From IMG/VR virus record IMGVR_UViG_3300027891_000004, positions 103,821 to 167,820 of that record: a stretch of 64,000 nucleotides of DNA. One strand, given 5' to 3'. This document shows, one piece after another, positions 1-9,348 of this stretch. This DNA is from a virus (Duplodnaviria; Caudoviricetes). The first letter of the stretch is position 1. Each line of letters begins with the position of its first letter. The notes under the pieces were generated by a model. It was given only the letters and a program-made list of their open reading frames with translations. It did not search any database and was not told the origin of the DNA. Both the position numbers and the translations under genes were made by a program.

Positions 1-176
1 GCCATAAGTTCGGGATCGATTTCAAGCGGCGACAACCCGCGTCGTTCCCGCTCCGCGTTGAGTATCTCAACAAACTTCAACTCCTGCTCGGACGTAATGG
101 TCAAACCGCTATCCGCCGCAAAAGCAAACGCGTAAAGAAACACAAACAACACGGCAAACATAACTGAAAACCTCAT
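1..176 (-). CDS. Secreted CAP/SCP-domain protein (3' end runs off the window)
   Basis: Not in the ORF track. AGGAG RBS, then MRFSVMFAVLFVFLYAFAFAAD (signal peptide) and LNAERERRGLSPLEIDPELM, a typical CAP-domain start. Confidence 0.7.
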   Translation of the reverse strand, partial: MRFSVMFAVLFVFLYAFAFAADSGLTITSEQELKFVEILNAERERRGLSPLEIDPELM

Positions 177-295
177 ATTCTTCTCCTATACTGAGGATTA
201 AAGACGACCGCATAACGCAGTCATCAGAAAGTGAACGCGGTCCAAGCCGACCGCTACAAAAATATATCGTTTTTATGCCGACAAACGTGACATAA

Positions 296-1246
296 TCAAG
301 AACCAAGTTCGGAAAGGTTCACGTAATACGTACCAAAAGTAAAATTGGTACACATTTTTTTTACATCCGCTTCGGACATCCAGCACCCTCGTTGTTTCAA
401 GCCGCCAGACAACGAATCAGCGACGTAGTTTTGCAGGTGACTATTCAGAAAATAAACATAACGACGACCGGTCTTTTTCCCCTTCCGGGCCGCCACAAAC
501 GCGGTTGCATGGCTCCCTCGCGCCCAACCGCTTACCTCCCCCAGATCATCCGAATTAAGCGTAGAACTCGACGGATAAACGCTAGAACCGACAGCGACAC
601 CAAAACCGGCCATACAGGCGGAATAGATGTAATCAAAACCGGTATCGGGCAAATAGATAACAACAGATTGCGTTTTCAACGCATTTTTGGTCTGCTGACT
701 GTTCGGCTTGTACTTGCGCGTATAGGCACCCACGTCATAAGGACCAAAATCGTCCGACCAGAAATTGCCGACAGTCGCGGCCCATTTGCTCATCGGGTTA
801 AGATTCAAACCTGAACCGAAAGCAACCCTGCCATTTCCACGGGCCAGTGAATAGGTCATAGAGTTCGCGATACCTTTCGGGACCAACCCGGTCCGTCGGG
901 CCATCGTCAACGCCGATGCGTTCAGGGAATTACGATGCGAAAAGCTAACGCAATCGCCGGTACGTTGTTGGAAAGCGTACCCGTCAACCCAGTTGACTCC
1001 GAGCGTTTTATACAGATTCCACGGGAGATAAGAATCCCGGCCTTCGCTATCAATCAACGCCGCCATGTGAGCAATATACTTCTCCCATTCGGCGTCCCAA
1101 TGCATGATTTTTATTTCGTTGTTCGTGTCCATCCAATGCGAGTTAAACGGCACCGCCACGGACATACATTCTTCAAACAACGCCAAATCTGCTTCCGTTG
1201 TCGGCAAGGCTCCGTTTCGCATCTCATACGTGATTATATCGCTCAT
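296..1246 (-). CDS. Papain-like (C1) cysteine peptidase
   Basis: QQRTGDCVSF (Q and catalytic C), GSHATAFV (H), YFLNSH (N). Confidence 0.75.
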   Translation of the reverse strand: MSDIITYEMRNGALPTTEADLALFEECMSVAVPFNSHWMDTNNEIKIMHWDAEWEKYIAHMAALIDSEGRDSYLPWNLYKTLGVNWVDGYAFQQRTGDCVSFSHRNSLNASALTMARRTGLVPKGIANSMTYSLARGNGRVAFGSGLNLNPMSKWAATVGNFWSDDFGPYDVGAYTRKYKPNSQQTKNALKTQSVVIYLPDTGFDYIYSACMAGFGVAVGSSVYPSSSTLNSDDLGEVSGWARGSHATAFVAARKGKKTGRRYVYFLNSHLQNYVADSLSGGLKQRGCWMSEADVKKMCTNFTFGTYYVNLSELGS

Positions 1247-1342
1247 TGCTTTTTCTGCTTGCTGGTTATTTGATTTTACTCACATTTTTCAAGTCAATTC
1301 GCCTGAAAAACAGCGTTTTCCTATTTGCTGGCCATTTGCTGG

Positions 1343-1717
1343 CTATTTGTTTATTCTTGCCGCGAGTTTTTCAAGCTGTTTGCTCATTTCCTTCAAATCG
1401 GGATGCCCCAACTCCTTCAACACCTGCAGACGAACAGCTTCGGGCAACAGCGACGCGAACACGGCGATAGCGTCTTCGGCTGTTGCGTGCGCATCGGCCT
1501 CAACGGAATCGCATGTCAGACGAATAGCTTCCCGAACCAACGCGGCATGTTCGGCGGACATAGAAAGCGTATCGGCAGGCCGGGTTATTTGCACGAGTCG
1601 CCCAATGTCGAACAACCCCTGCATATAGCCAAAAGCAACAAACATGATTGCGGCAATGAAAATCCAACTCAACCAATAACGCCGAATCACATTATGTTTT
1701 TGTTCTGTACGTCTCAT
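1343..1717 (-). CDS. Membrane-anchored hypothetical protein
   Basis: N-terminal hydrophobic segment WLSWIFIAAIMFVAFG. Confidence 0.6.
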   Translation of the reverse strand: MRRTEQKHNVIRRYWLSWIFIAAIMFVAFGYMQGLFDIGRLVQITRPADTLSMSAEHAALVREAIRLTCDSVEADAHATAEDAIAVFASLLPEAVRLQVLKELGHPDLKEMSKQLEKLAARINK

Positions 1718-1723
1718 AACATA

Positions 1724-2446
1724 TTATTTGGCAAGAGAAAAACGGACGATACCAAACGGGCCACGGACGGTTCGCACGCTCGGCGAGGCCATCGCCGATG
1801 CGGAGCATTTGCCCGGTTTACTCGAAATCCCGCCATGTGGCGGGATTGTTGGCAACGCCTCGTCGGACGCAAGGGGCATATCGGATTCCGTAACGACCGA
1901 TTCCAAAAACGCCCATGTCTCCCGACACCGCTCGAAAAGGGACTTTTTTTCATGCGGCGTGCCCATTTCAAAAGCAAGCAGCGCGTTACGCAAATCCAAA
2001 ACAGCCAAACTAACACGAGCAACTTCAGGAACACCTGCGTCAACGTTAGGGACAGGGGGCATTTCCCATGCAAAATCATCCAAAGACGCGGCAACCGCTC
2101 GTGGCGTCTGCGGCAGTTCCCAAAAGCGACTATCTGCCTTTTGGCCCTTCATCCATGAGACAAGGAACCAGATGACAACGGCAAGAATAACCAACTGGAC
2201 AGCATTCTTCCAAACAAAAGTGAGAAGCGGCTCAAAATTTAAAGTAACCGGCTCTCTATTAGTTTGCGAAGAAAACGACATCGATTGTACGTCCATCGAC
2301 GCATTCAACTCTTGCTGCAACGCGGCGATACACTCGTTAAGCGATTTGTAAAGATCGGCAAGGTCTTTGTCAATCTGCTTTTTCTCTTCGAGCCGCTGCT
2401 TTATAGAGGCCCGTAAACCTTCAAGCGAATTTGTAGTTGTTTGCAT
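1724..2446 (-). CDS. Coiled-coil membrane protein
   Basis: N-terminal coiled coil, TM segment AVQLVILAVVIWFLVSW, basic/aromatic tail RGPFGIVRF. Confidence 0.6.
   Translation of the reverse strand: MQTTTNSLEGLRASIKQRLEEKKQIDKDLADLYKSLNECIAALQQELNASMDVQSMSFSSQTNREPVTLNFEPLLTFVWKNAVQLVILAVVIWFLVSWMKGQKADSRFWELPQTPRAVAASLDDFAWEMPPVPNVDAGVPEVARVSLAVLDLRNALLAFEMGTPHEKKSLFERCRETWAFLESVVTESDMPLASDEALPTIPPHGGISSKPGKCSASAMASPSVRTVRGPFGIVRFSLAK
1829..1844. repeat. 16-bp palindrome copy (1 mismatch)
   Basis: CCCGCCATGTGGCGGG, extended by AAT/ATT; inside a CDS. Confidence 0.85.
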
Positions 2447-2531
2447 TTTTTAGTTTCCTTATGTAGACGGAAAAACAAACCAATGAAAGTATAGCAAATT
2501 TCAAACGGTTTGCAACACGTAACTACATAAT

Positions 2532-2738
2532 TTATTTTGACTCCAGTTCCAAACCTAGCCGACATCCTTCAAACAAAGAATTAGAATAGTTTCCATCTCG
2601 CGTGTCCGTTTTATCCATATAGCCGAGAGAACAACAGGCCATATAGCCTCGCTCATTATGGCACTGGTAAGACCTACGACTATAAAAAGGGCAATCGCCG
2701 CAAGTTTCTGGTTTGTCTATTTCTATAGTTACTTTCAT
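2532..2738 (-). CDS. Small Cys-rich phage protein
   Basis: PETCGDCPF motif; abuts the primase gene. Confidence 0.6.
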   Translation of the reverse strand: MKVTIEIDKPETCGDCPFYSRRSYQCHNERGYMACCSLGYMDKTDTRDGNYSNSLFEGCRLGLELESK

Positions 2739-2741
2739 AAT

Positions 2742-3650
2742 TTACCTCAATTCTGCAAAATAAAGTAATTCATCAATTTGTTCTTTTGTCGCGTCTGCCG
2801 GGTCAGACGCGTCCAAACAAACATTATCCGTCCTACCCGGAAAAGGACTTAACGCGCGAGCCAATTCCCGCGCTTGTTGCTGCGTACCGCGTTCGCCGTC
2901 GAAGCAGATAATCCTGCGTTGGAACTTTGCAATCTCGTCAAACTGCCCCCTTGTTATTTTCTTCCCGAACGTAGCCACCGCATTCTGTTCCACACGCATC
3001 GCATCGAAAACCCCTTCGCACACAATGATCGTATCGTAATACGATACGTACTGCGCCCCATACAAAAGCGATTTCAAAGGCCGCAACTCTCGCGACGGCG
3101 GGGCGGCAAGGTACGCTGGTAAAACGTCGTCAGCCGTCGTCCGCGTAAGCCACGAAACAACGACACCGTTCCGATCCGGTACAGGGAAAAACAACCTTCG
3201 ACGATACGCCCATTCCGGACTGGTATGTATCGCCATTACGCCCCATTTGTCTCGAACAGTAAACGGGTCCAATCCGCGTTCAACAATGTACTGACACAAA
3301 TAACCGACATCAAAAAGGGGACGCACGCCACCAGGCGGGCTATACGTGCCGGTCGGTTTTTCAACGGGCACATTATAATGCGACGGGAGTTCAAGCTGCG
3401 AAATAAGGTTCCCGGTATTCTCGCCGGGAAACAGCACTCTAAATACTTGAGGAATTGATTTCCATCCGCAGTTCCAACATGTAAAAAAACCCTTTTGTAT
3501 ATGCCAACCCAGCCAGTTCTTATCGCCACCGCAAAAAGGGCAGGGGAACCCCAAAAAATTGTCGGTAATATGCTTATCTCGAAGACCTTCGTCCCCCTTC
3601 CTTTTTACTGGGACGCCGCGACTCCGAAGAAAATGTTCCATTGTCGGCAT
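2742..3650 (-). CDS. DNA primase (zinc finger + Toprim)
   Basis: CPFC...CWNC zinc ribbon, IVCEGVFDA, ICFDGE, SDPAD. Confidence 0.85.
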   Translation of the reverse strand: MPTMEHFLRSRGVPVKRKGDEGLRDKHITDNFLGFPCPFCGGDKNWLGWHIQKGFFTCWNCGWKSIPQVFRVLFPGENTGNLISQLELPSHYNVPVEKPTGTYSPPGGVRPLFDVGYLCQYIVERGLDPFTVRDKWGVMAIHTSPEWAYRRRLFFPVPDRNGVVVSWLTRTTADDVLPAYLAAPPSRELRPLKSLLYGAQYVSYYDTIIVCEGVFDAMRVEQNAVATFGKKITRGQFDEIAKFQRRIICFDGERGTQQQARELARALSPFPGRTDNVCLDASDPADATKEQIDELLYFAELR

Positions 3651-3680
3651 AGGCTACTGGCTTTACTCAGCGGATGTTTT

Positions 3681-4181
3681 TCATTTATTTACAGCGGTGA
3701 TTCGTCCAATTATTTTTTTGATATCCTTACGAGGGAAATTCCAAGCAACTTCGTCAGGCGGCAACGAAGAGCGATATACAGGATTTCGCAGTTTGCAATA
3801 CTTTTCAACCAACTGCTTTGCCTCGTCTTCACAGGCGGCGAAAACATGAAATGTTCCTGAACGGTCGTAGCGCACCTCTACCTCGTAGCAATATTTATCT
3901 TTGGTTCTATCTGTTCCTATTTTCATCGCTGGCAAAATGCGGTCAGACAAAGTGACATTTTTGATGACGTTACGGCGCCCGCTAACCGCAGGGAAAACCC
4001 ATCCAACAATTGCGAACTGCCCGTTAAGTTTATTCTGCGGCAATGTTGTACAGGCCCTTGATTGATATTTCCAACATTTCTCAGCAACCAACTTTCGCGC
4101 TTCATCCTCATTCTTCGCGCATACAAAGAACTTACCAGGGAAGGTAAACGTGATTTCTACTTCATATTCTCTTTTTTCCAT
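3681..4181 (-). CDS. Protein with two tandem copies of a small DpnD/PcfM-like domain; overlaps the end of the HigB-like gene
   Basis: YEVEITFTFPGKFFVCAKNEDEARKLV..C..W.FP and YEVEVRYDRSGTFHVFAACEDEAKQLV..C..WNFP. Confidence 0.65.
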   Translation of the reverse strand: MEKREYEVEITFTFPGKFFVCAKNEDEARKLVAEKCWKYQSRACTTLPQNKLNGQFAIVGWVFPAVSGRRNVIKNVTLSDRILPAMKIGTDRTKDKYCYEVEVRYDRSGTFHVFAACEDEAKQLVEKYCKLRNPVYRSSLPPDEVAWNFPRKDIKKIIGRITAVNK

Positions 4182-4669
4182 AGCAGATACTCCGGGTCAT
4201 TATGGTAGTCCCAAATTTCCTGTATTTCAACCGCAGTAACCTTTGACCAATCTAAATTCCCGTTAGCATCAACGGGTGTAGGATCGTGTTTTGGCACAAA
4301 AACCAAACGCCACCCACCATGTAAAGCGCCAGCAAGTTGCCCAGCCCTATTACCCTCAAGACTATGAAAGTTACCGCTTTTGTCTCTCAGCCCCCGCAAC
4401 TCCTTTTTATCCTTCAATTCTGCAAGGGTAATGGCCTTTTCTAGCCGTTGCAACTGCTTTATAAGGACTTTTCGGTTTTCTGGCACCACGCCAAATTCTG
4501 AACTTTCTGGATTACAGTGTTCAGCAACTTCTGGATTTTTATAGTGGATATCCACCATATTATCCACCGATTCGCACAGGACGCCGCAGGCAACTTGATC
4601 GCCCCAGATATTCACGCCTTTTCCCAAATCGCTTACTGACCCACCGTATAGCCTTTCAAATTCGCTCAT
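4157..4669 (-). CDS. higB: HigB/RelE-family toxin with an extra 37-aa N-terminal leader ending VDN
   Basis: MVDIHYKN...FHSLEGNRAGQLAGALHGGWRLVF.P...LDWSKVTAVEIQEIWDYH is a classic HigB-like signature. Confidence 0.8.
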   Translation of the reverse strand: MSEFERLYGGSVSDLGKGVNIWGDQVACGVLCESVDNMVDIHYKNPEVAEHCNPESSEFGVVPENRKVLIKQLQRLEKAITLAELKDKKELRGLRDKSGNFHSLEGNRAGQLAGALHGGWRLVFVPKHDPTPVDANGNLDWSKVTAVEIQEIWDYHNDPEYLLWKKENMK

Positions 4670-4825
4670 AATTCTTTATTGCATATATTTTACAAAAAAA
4701 AACATCAAAAACAAAGGGTGCCGCGTTCTCGTTCCGGTATAATGTGCGGGGACGCCGATCAGATATGCGATTTTTTCGGAAAGAATCCATGTTTTTATTG
4801 ACAACTCGTTGTCTATGATCAGCTC

Positions 4826-4857
4826 AAAAAGAAAAGCCCGCCTGTGTGGCGGGCTTC
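4826..4857 (-). terminator. Intrinsic terminator of the head operon
   Basis: AAGCCCGCC-ACACA-GGCGGGCTT followed by TTCTTTTT on the minus strand. Confidence 0.75.
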
Positions 4858-4867
4858 AATGCGGCTT

Positions 4868-5392
4868 TTAGTATTCGCCGTCTTCCGTCTCCGATTCGGG
4901 CGGCGATATTTCGGCCAAGAATTGGTTCACCGCCTTTTTAGAGCCGAGCGGACCACCGGCCAAATTCGTTTTGACAAGCGCATTGGCTTCCGCCACAGCA
5001 TAGGCTCCGAGCGAATCTTTGTAAACATCAACTTTCGCATCCTTAGCAAGCGGAAAGTTTCGAGATACGTTGGCGGCCGACGCAAAATCGAACGGCATCA
5101 TATCTTTCGGCGTCCCGGATGGGGTCTTGTGAACGTGTTCTTCCAAACCCGGCGGCACTTTGTTCTTATCCGGCCCGTCTTCGCCGTCTATCGGGATGTT
5201 CCCTATGTCCAGCGGCTCGCGTTGAAACTTGCCGTGAAACATCAGGTCAAGTTCATCGGGGCATAGAAACGATTCGCCTTTGGAATACTTCCGGTGCTTA
5301 CCCTGATGTTCGCCTTCGATTACGCGAAACTTATAAAGGGGGCGACCGTCTTTTGTGGTGCGCGGCATCGCCGCTACTGTACTTACAGACAT
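4868..5392 (-). CDS. Head-operon hypothetical protein
   Basis: AGGAG RBS; KFRVIEGEH...YSKGE...DLMFHGKF resembles proteins that follow capsid genes. Confidence 0.55.
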   Translation of the reverse strand: MSVSTVAAMPRTTKDGRPLYKFRVIEGEHQGKHRKYSKGESFLCPDELDLMFHGKFQREPLDIGNIPIDGEDGPDKNKVPPGLEEHVHKTPSGTPKDMMPFDFASAANVSRNFPLAKDAKVDVYKDSLGAYAVAEANALVKTNLAGGPLGSKKAVNQFLAEISPPESETEDGEY

Positions 5393-5421
5393 TTTTATCT
5401 CCTATAGGGTTCAAATTGAAA

Positions 5422-5538
5422 GAGGCTCACCAACCTCGAGGGTCCGTTGCGCAACGGACAGCAAAAAGTATGAAAATCGGCAGAGCGCACATGGAAACGC
5501 TCTGCCGTGTAACTGTGGAACAGAAATCCACAGTTACA
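5422..5538. other. Cluster of 3-4 back-to-back hairpins (possible structured RNA or ssDNA signal)
   Basis: Perfect palindrome 5442-5459; 10-bp stem 5478-5507; 12-bp stem 5508-5538. Confidence 0.6.
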
Positions 5539-5547
5539 GGGGCACGG

Positions 5548-6168
5548 TTAGGCGATCCTGACCCTAAGCAGGTTCACAAGCGCACCGTTCAGGTTCGGGT
5601 CGCGCATCGGACGCTCGCTAGTGGACGTATCAACCGCGTCGAAAAAGAACGGCGGCTGGTTCGCAGGCATATCGGTTGCCGGGCAAACGAATTGTTCGAT
5701 AGCATGTGCCTTAACCTCGCTCCCGCCCGCTCCGGATTCGTTAGTAACGTACATACCGTTCGGGGTTTGGATGAGGAAGAGCGGGTCGCCGTTTTTATAC
5801 GATCCCTCGACGCACCGCATAAGCAACCGGTCGCCGGAATTCGGGCGGTGCAACAGCGTAACTTCGCCGGGGATGGCCTTATGGTTGAGACCCTTGCCAA
5901 CAAGTGCGTTTTCGATGACGACGAACATTTCGACGTCATCGATCTCCATATCGGTGGGCACCTGCGATTGAACGCCGACAAGGTTCTGTCGAACAACCTG
6001 GGTGCCGGGCACTCCGGGTAGTTCGGCCAACTCGGGGTCTTCATCAAACGGGACGACGGTAACAACCGCTCCGGGGAGCACGTTGCCTTCCTCATCCTTA
6101 CTCAAAATATATTCTTCGTAAAAACCGTTCGAGGGTTCAAGACGAATAGTGTTTTGGTCAACGATCAT
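5548..6168 (-). CDS. Putative capsid decoration/cement protein
   Basis: NTIRL...PGAVV...VVIENALVGKG...LLRVRIA pattern; follows the scaffold gene. Confidence 0.55.
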   Translation of the reverse strand: MIVDQNTIRLEPSNGFYEEYILSKDEEGNVLPGAVVTVVPFDEDPELAELPGVPGTQVVRQNLVGVQSQVPTDMEIDDVEMFVVIENALVGKGLNHKAIPGEVTLLHRPNSGDRLLMRCVEGSYKNGDPLFLIQTPNGMYVTNESGAGGSEVKAHAIEQFVCPATDMPANQPPFFFDAVDTSTSERPMRDPNLNGALVNLLRVRIA

Positions 6169-6180
6169 TGGGTTTTCTCC

Positions 6181-6876
6181 TTAATAGTAGTTTTGGTTCA
6201 TACCGTTAGATGGGTTTGTCGAAGGCAATTCTAGCGGGGCACCCATCTGATACGCACCCGAATTGAAAACTGCTCTATCCGCCATCCCGGCCCCCTCGAA
6301 ATTCCATTCGTTCATAGAGACGCGAGATTTTTGGTTGGACATCAGAGACGCCCATTTCTTCAGGTCGGGCGTCGGCATCCTTCGCAGGTCGGATTCCGTC
6401 CATGCTCCGTTGCAATTGGTAACGATAACATCGATAGACTCCTGCCGCATCATATCGCGGGCCGCCTTACCTTCTCTCAATATCGCCGCCGTCGGTGTCG
6501 TGGACGTTTCGATAAATTCCTGCACGTCCTTCTCCGTAACGGGGCCGCTTTTTGCCACGTTCGCAACGGCGACCTGCGGCAAGAAGCGGTTCAATACAGA
6601 CACTTCCTCTACATCAAACTCGGTTTCCAAAGCATCGCGTAGTTTCTTTTCAATACCGACCAATTCTACGATATCCTTTTGACAATCCGACAATCCTTCC
6701 TGCAACTCGTGCAGACGTGCTTCATTATGGACAGGGACGGTTTTTGAGCCGAGACCGGAAACCATACGTTGTAACACATCTTCGGGTATCCTTGTCAAAT
6801 GTTTTGCATCGTCCCCACAGAACGATGAATTCGGATCGTTAATGATCTGCTTGATTAAACTATTCTTGCTGCTCAC
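6181..6876 (-). CDS. Putative prohead scaffold protein
   Basis: Two helical repeats (LIKQII..FCGDDAKHL / IVTN..WTESDLRRM), several VxN motifs, C-terminal LELPST. Confidence 0.55.
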   Translation of the reverse strand: MSSKNSLIKQIINDPNSSFCGDDAKHLTRIPEDVLQRMVSGLGSKTVPVHNEARLHELQEGLSDCQKDIVELVGIEKKLRDALETEFDVEEVSVLNRFLPQVAVANVAKSGPVTEKDVQEFIETSTTPTAAILREGKAARDMMRQESIDVIVTNCNGAWTESDLRRMPTPDLKKWASLMSNQKSRVSMNEWNFEGAGMADRAVFNSGAYQMGAPLELPSTNPSNGMNQNYY

Positions 6877-6882
6877 CGGAAA

Positions 6883-7971
6883 CTATTGGTTGTTAGAGGG
6901 AAACGTGGAGGGAATATCCATAGCTTCTCCGAAATCGGAGTTTTCAACGCTAATGCTGGCGGCGTTATGGACAGCTTTTTCATTCTTTGCGGTTTTGCCA
7001 CGTTTGGGACCGCAGCCGCTATTGGCAACACGTCCGTTACGGACCACTTCTACCTGCGGCGAAGTAGCCGAAGACGGGGAATTACCATCGAGTTCGGATT
7101 CTTCTTCGACAACGGGCGCATCGACGGTCGGCGGATCGGCGACTTCATTGTCTTGGACGGCAATATCGGGGCGTGGAGAAGACGGGTTAATATCCGCATT
7201 TTTCACAACCATACCGCTATCGATATTATCCACTTCGATCTCTTCCGTACCGTCGGCGTTGATGATCCGTCGGTAGTTTTTGAACCGTCGGCATTTGCCG
7301 CTTTCGTTCATCAAACCGCCGCTACTTGCGTTCTTTTTCTTCAACGCTTCCTCAACGGCGTCGTCAATAGCCTGATCGATGGTATTCGCAATCGCGCGTG
7401 CTTTCGCGTTCCGGACCAGCGCGTCGTATTTGGCGGCCTTCTCTCGCATGTTTTTGACAGACATGGATTCCATCGTGGTCGTTTCCGTAGTTGCGTAATC
7501 TTTCGACGGCATGACAGGGGCGTATTTCACGCCGTTGGCAACCGTTTTGCGGGCGTTTTTAACCTGGGCCACCGGGACAACTGCGCTAAGTGTACCGTCG
7601 GCGTTTTTGACGATCTTCGCATTGGCGACTCGCCGGTACTTGGCACGGGAAGCCAACACGGGAACCTCGTCAACGATAGAACCATCGCCTTCCGTGTCGT
7701 CGATAATTTCGATAATATCGCCTTCAACGGGTTCGGCTTCGGGATCATCAACCGGCTGGACAACGACAGGATCGCCGACTTCGGCGATCTGGTCGGTTTC
7801 GTCCACGTTCAAATCATCTTCGATAGTTATATCGTCCTCGTTCTTGACGACCCTGGCTTTGGATTTGTTCTTAACGGGCTTCCGGACGGTTTTTTGGGCG
7901 TTATGAATCGCCTGCAAGTTCACATCCGTCGCGCCGAGAGATTCCAAAATCGCTTGCATACTCATTGGCAT
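6883..7971 (-). CDS. Putative prohead core/scaffold protein rich in [VI]-x-N motifs
   Basis: Low-complexity charged blocks, about 17 [VI]xN motifs, C-terminal MDIPST; GGAG RBS. Confidence 0.55.
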   Translation of the reverse strand: MPMSMQAILESLGATDVNLQAIHNAQKTVRKPVKNKSKARVVKNEDDITIEDDLNVDETDQIAEVGDPVVVQPVDDPEAEPVEGDIIEIIDDTEGDGSIVDEVPVLASRAKYRRVANAKIVKNADGTLSAVVPVAQVKNARKTVANGVKYAPVMPSKDYATTETTTMESMSVKNMREKAAKYDALVRNAKARAIANTIDQAIDDAVEEALKKKNASSGGLMNESGKCRRFKNYRRIINADGTEEIEVDNIDSGMVVKNADINPSSPRPDIAVQDNEVADPPTVDAPVVEEESELDGNSPSSATSPQVEVVRNGRVANSGCGPKRGKTAKNEKAVHNAASISVENSDFGEAMDIPSTFPSNNQ

Positions 7972-8267
7972 TGTTTTATTCTCCTTTACTTGGTGAGGTC
8001 GGCAACAGAAACGTTAGGCAACGACCGGTAAATTGACTGCAAAATGCTACGCTAAGCTCGCGTATGAAAACAGGCATAGCGCATCTTTTGTGCAAAATTC
8101 GCACCAAGTATTGTACCAGGTTTTTCGCTACTTTGGAAAAACTAAAAAAAAATTACCAAACGTTCAAAAAGCAAACTTGCTCAGGCCCCTGTTTTACCGA
8201 GTTATTACAGTTTTTTAAACGCTTAAATTTCCTCGCGCAATAGAGAATTTTTTTCGGCAAGTTTGTC

Positions 8268-8531
8268 CTATTTCTTGCGTTTTGCCTGAATTTTTCCAAC
8301 TTTATCTTCTGGTTTGGCTTGTTTATTATACTTCTCTATCAACTGAACAACACGTGTAATAGATATACCATGCTCTTTTGCTATACTTTCCAAAGATTTC
8401 CCATCCTTGCGCAATTTGATAATGGTATCCAAACGTTCATCATAACGGGAGCCCTCCTGTGCGAGGGGCAACACAGGCGCCTGTAGCGGCATCAATGCCA
8501 GATTCGTATGCAAGTTCCAAATGTTTACCAT
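8268..8531 (-). CDS. Small HTH DNA-binding protein
   Basis: GKSLESIAKEHGISITRVVQLI. Confidence 0.65.
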   Translation of the reverse strand: MVNIWNLHTNLALMPLQAPVLPLAQEGSRYDERLDTIIKLRKDGKSLESIAKEHGISITRVVQLIEKYNKQAKPEDKVGKIQAKRKK

Positions 8532-8538
8532 TTACCGT

Positions 8539-9108
8539 TCACCAGGGTTGCAAAACGTCCAACGCGCCCTCCATTTCGGCGACTGTATCCACACGAAAAC
8601 CCGGCTTGTCTTTATTGTAGCCGTGTCCGACGATAATTAGTTTGTTAGATTCTGGAAATTTAGGATGATCGTCAAAGATACGGTCGTTCTTTTCCAATAT
8701 CATATTCTTGCTATTATAGCTCCCTTCTCCGACAAATATCGCGTGTGGGCTAGCAAACCGCCGGGCGAGCCACCGCATGGTTGCATCCTGCGCCGGCAGT
8801 TCTATCTGCGTCGAAAGAATATATGGGGAATCGGTAAACTGTTGCACCGACGGCACAAACACAGTATCGGGCATCTCCTCCAGCTGTGAAAAATCCTCGG
8901 TAATCAATTCGTATATCGATTTACCGGCGACGAGCGACCCCCAACTATCGTCGTCAGTGTCGTAATAGGCCACAATATCTCGCAAAACGCCGTCCACGTC
9001 AAAATACACGCGACGGTCAGGGTCTTTCAATTTTTCAACAATGTACAGCGCAAGCGCGTATATAAAATCAAGCTGCTTACGCGTCATTATCCAGCGTTTA
9101 CCAGGCAT
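8539..9108 (-). CDS. HAD-family 5'(3')-deoxyribonucleotidase-like protein
   Basis: VYFDVDGVL (motif I), IFDDHP (motif IV). Confidence 0.7.
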   Translation of the reverse strand: MPGKRWIMTRKQLDFIYALALYIVEKLKDPDRRVYFDVDGVLRDIVAYYDTDDDSWGSLVAGKSIYELITEDFSQLEEMPDTVFVPSVQQFTDSPYILSTQIELPAQDATMRWLARRFASPHAIFVGEGSYNSKNMILEKNDRIFDDHPKFPESNKLIIVGHGYNKDKPGFRVDTVAEMEGALDVLQPW

Positions 9109-9348
9109 ATACCGTTTTTCAAAACTTACGCATTCCTACGCGGTCGTAGCCGATGCCGTTTGATTCCTGCTTCGTCGAGGTACTTGCGTTTTACGGTGCG
9201 AAGCAGCGTAAAACCAGCGGTAAGAACTCTCCACAGGCTGCCGCCGGTAAACTCTCGGCGGTTTGTTAGTTGTGGTAATGATTGGTCGTGGGAGTGCCTA
9301 ACAAACTCTTACCAACCATAACTTTAATAAACATTTTGTTTATTAAAG

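Noticed and set aside
4837-4853. CCCGCC-TGTGT-GGCGGG as a ninth palindrome copy
   Set aside because: It has 17-bp spacing and a U-tract, so it is better explained as a terminator, though it may derive from the motif.
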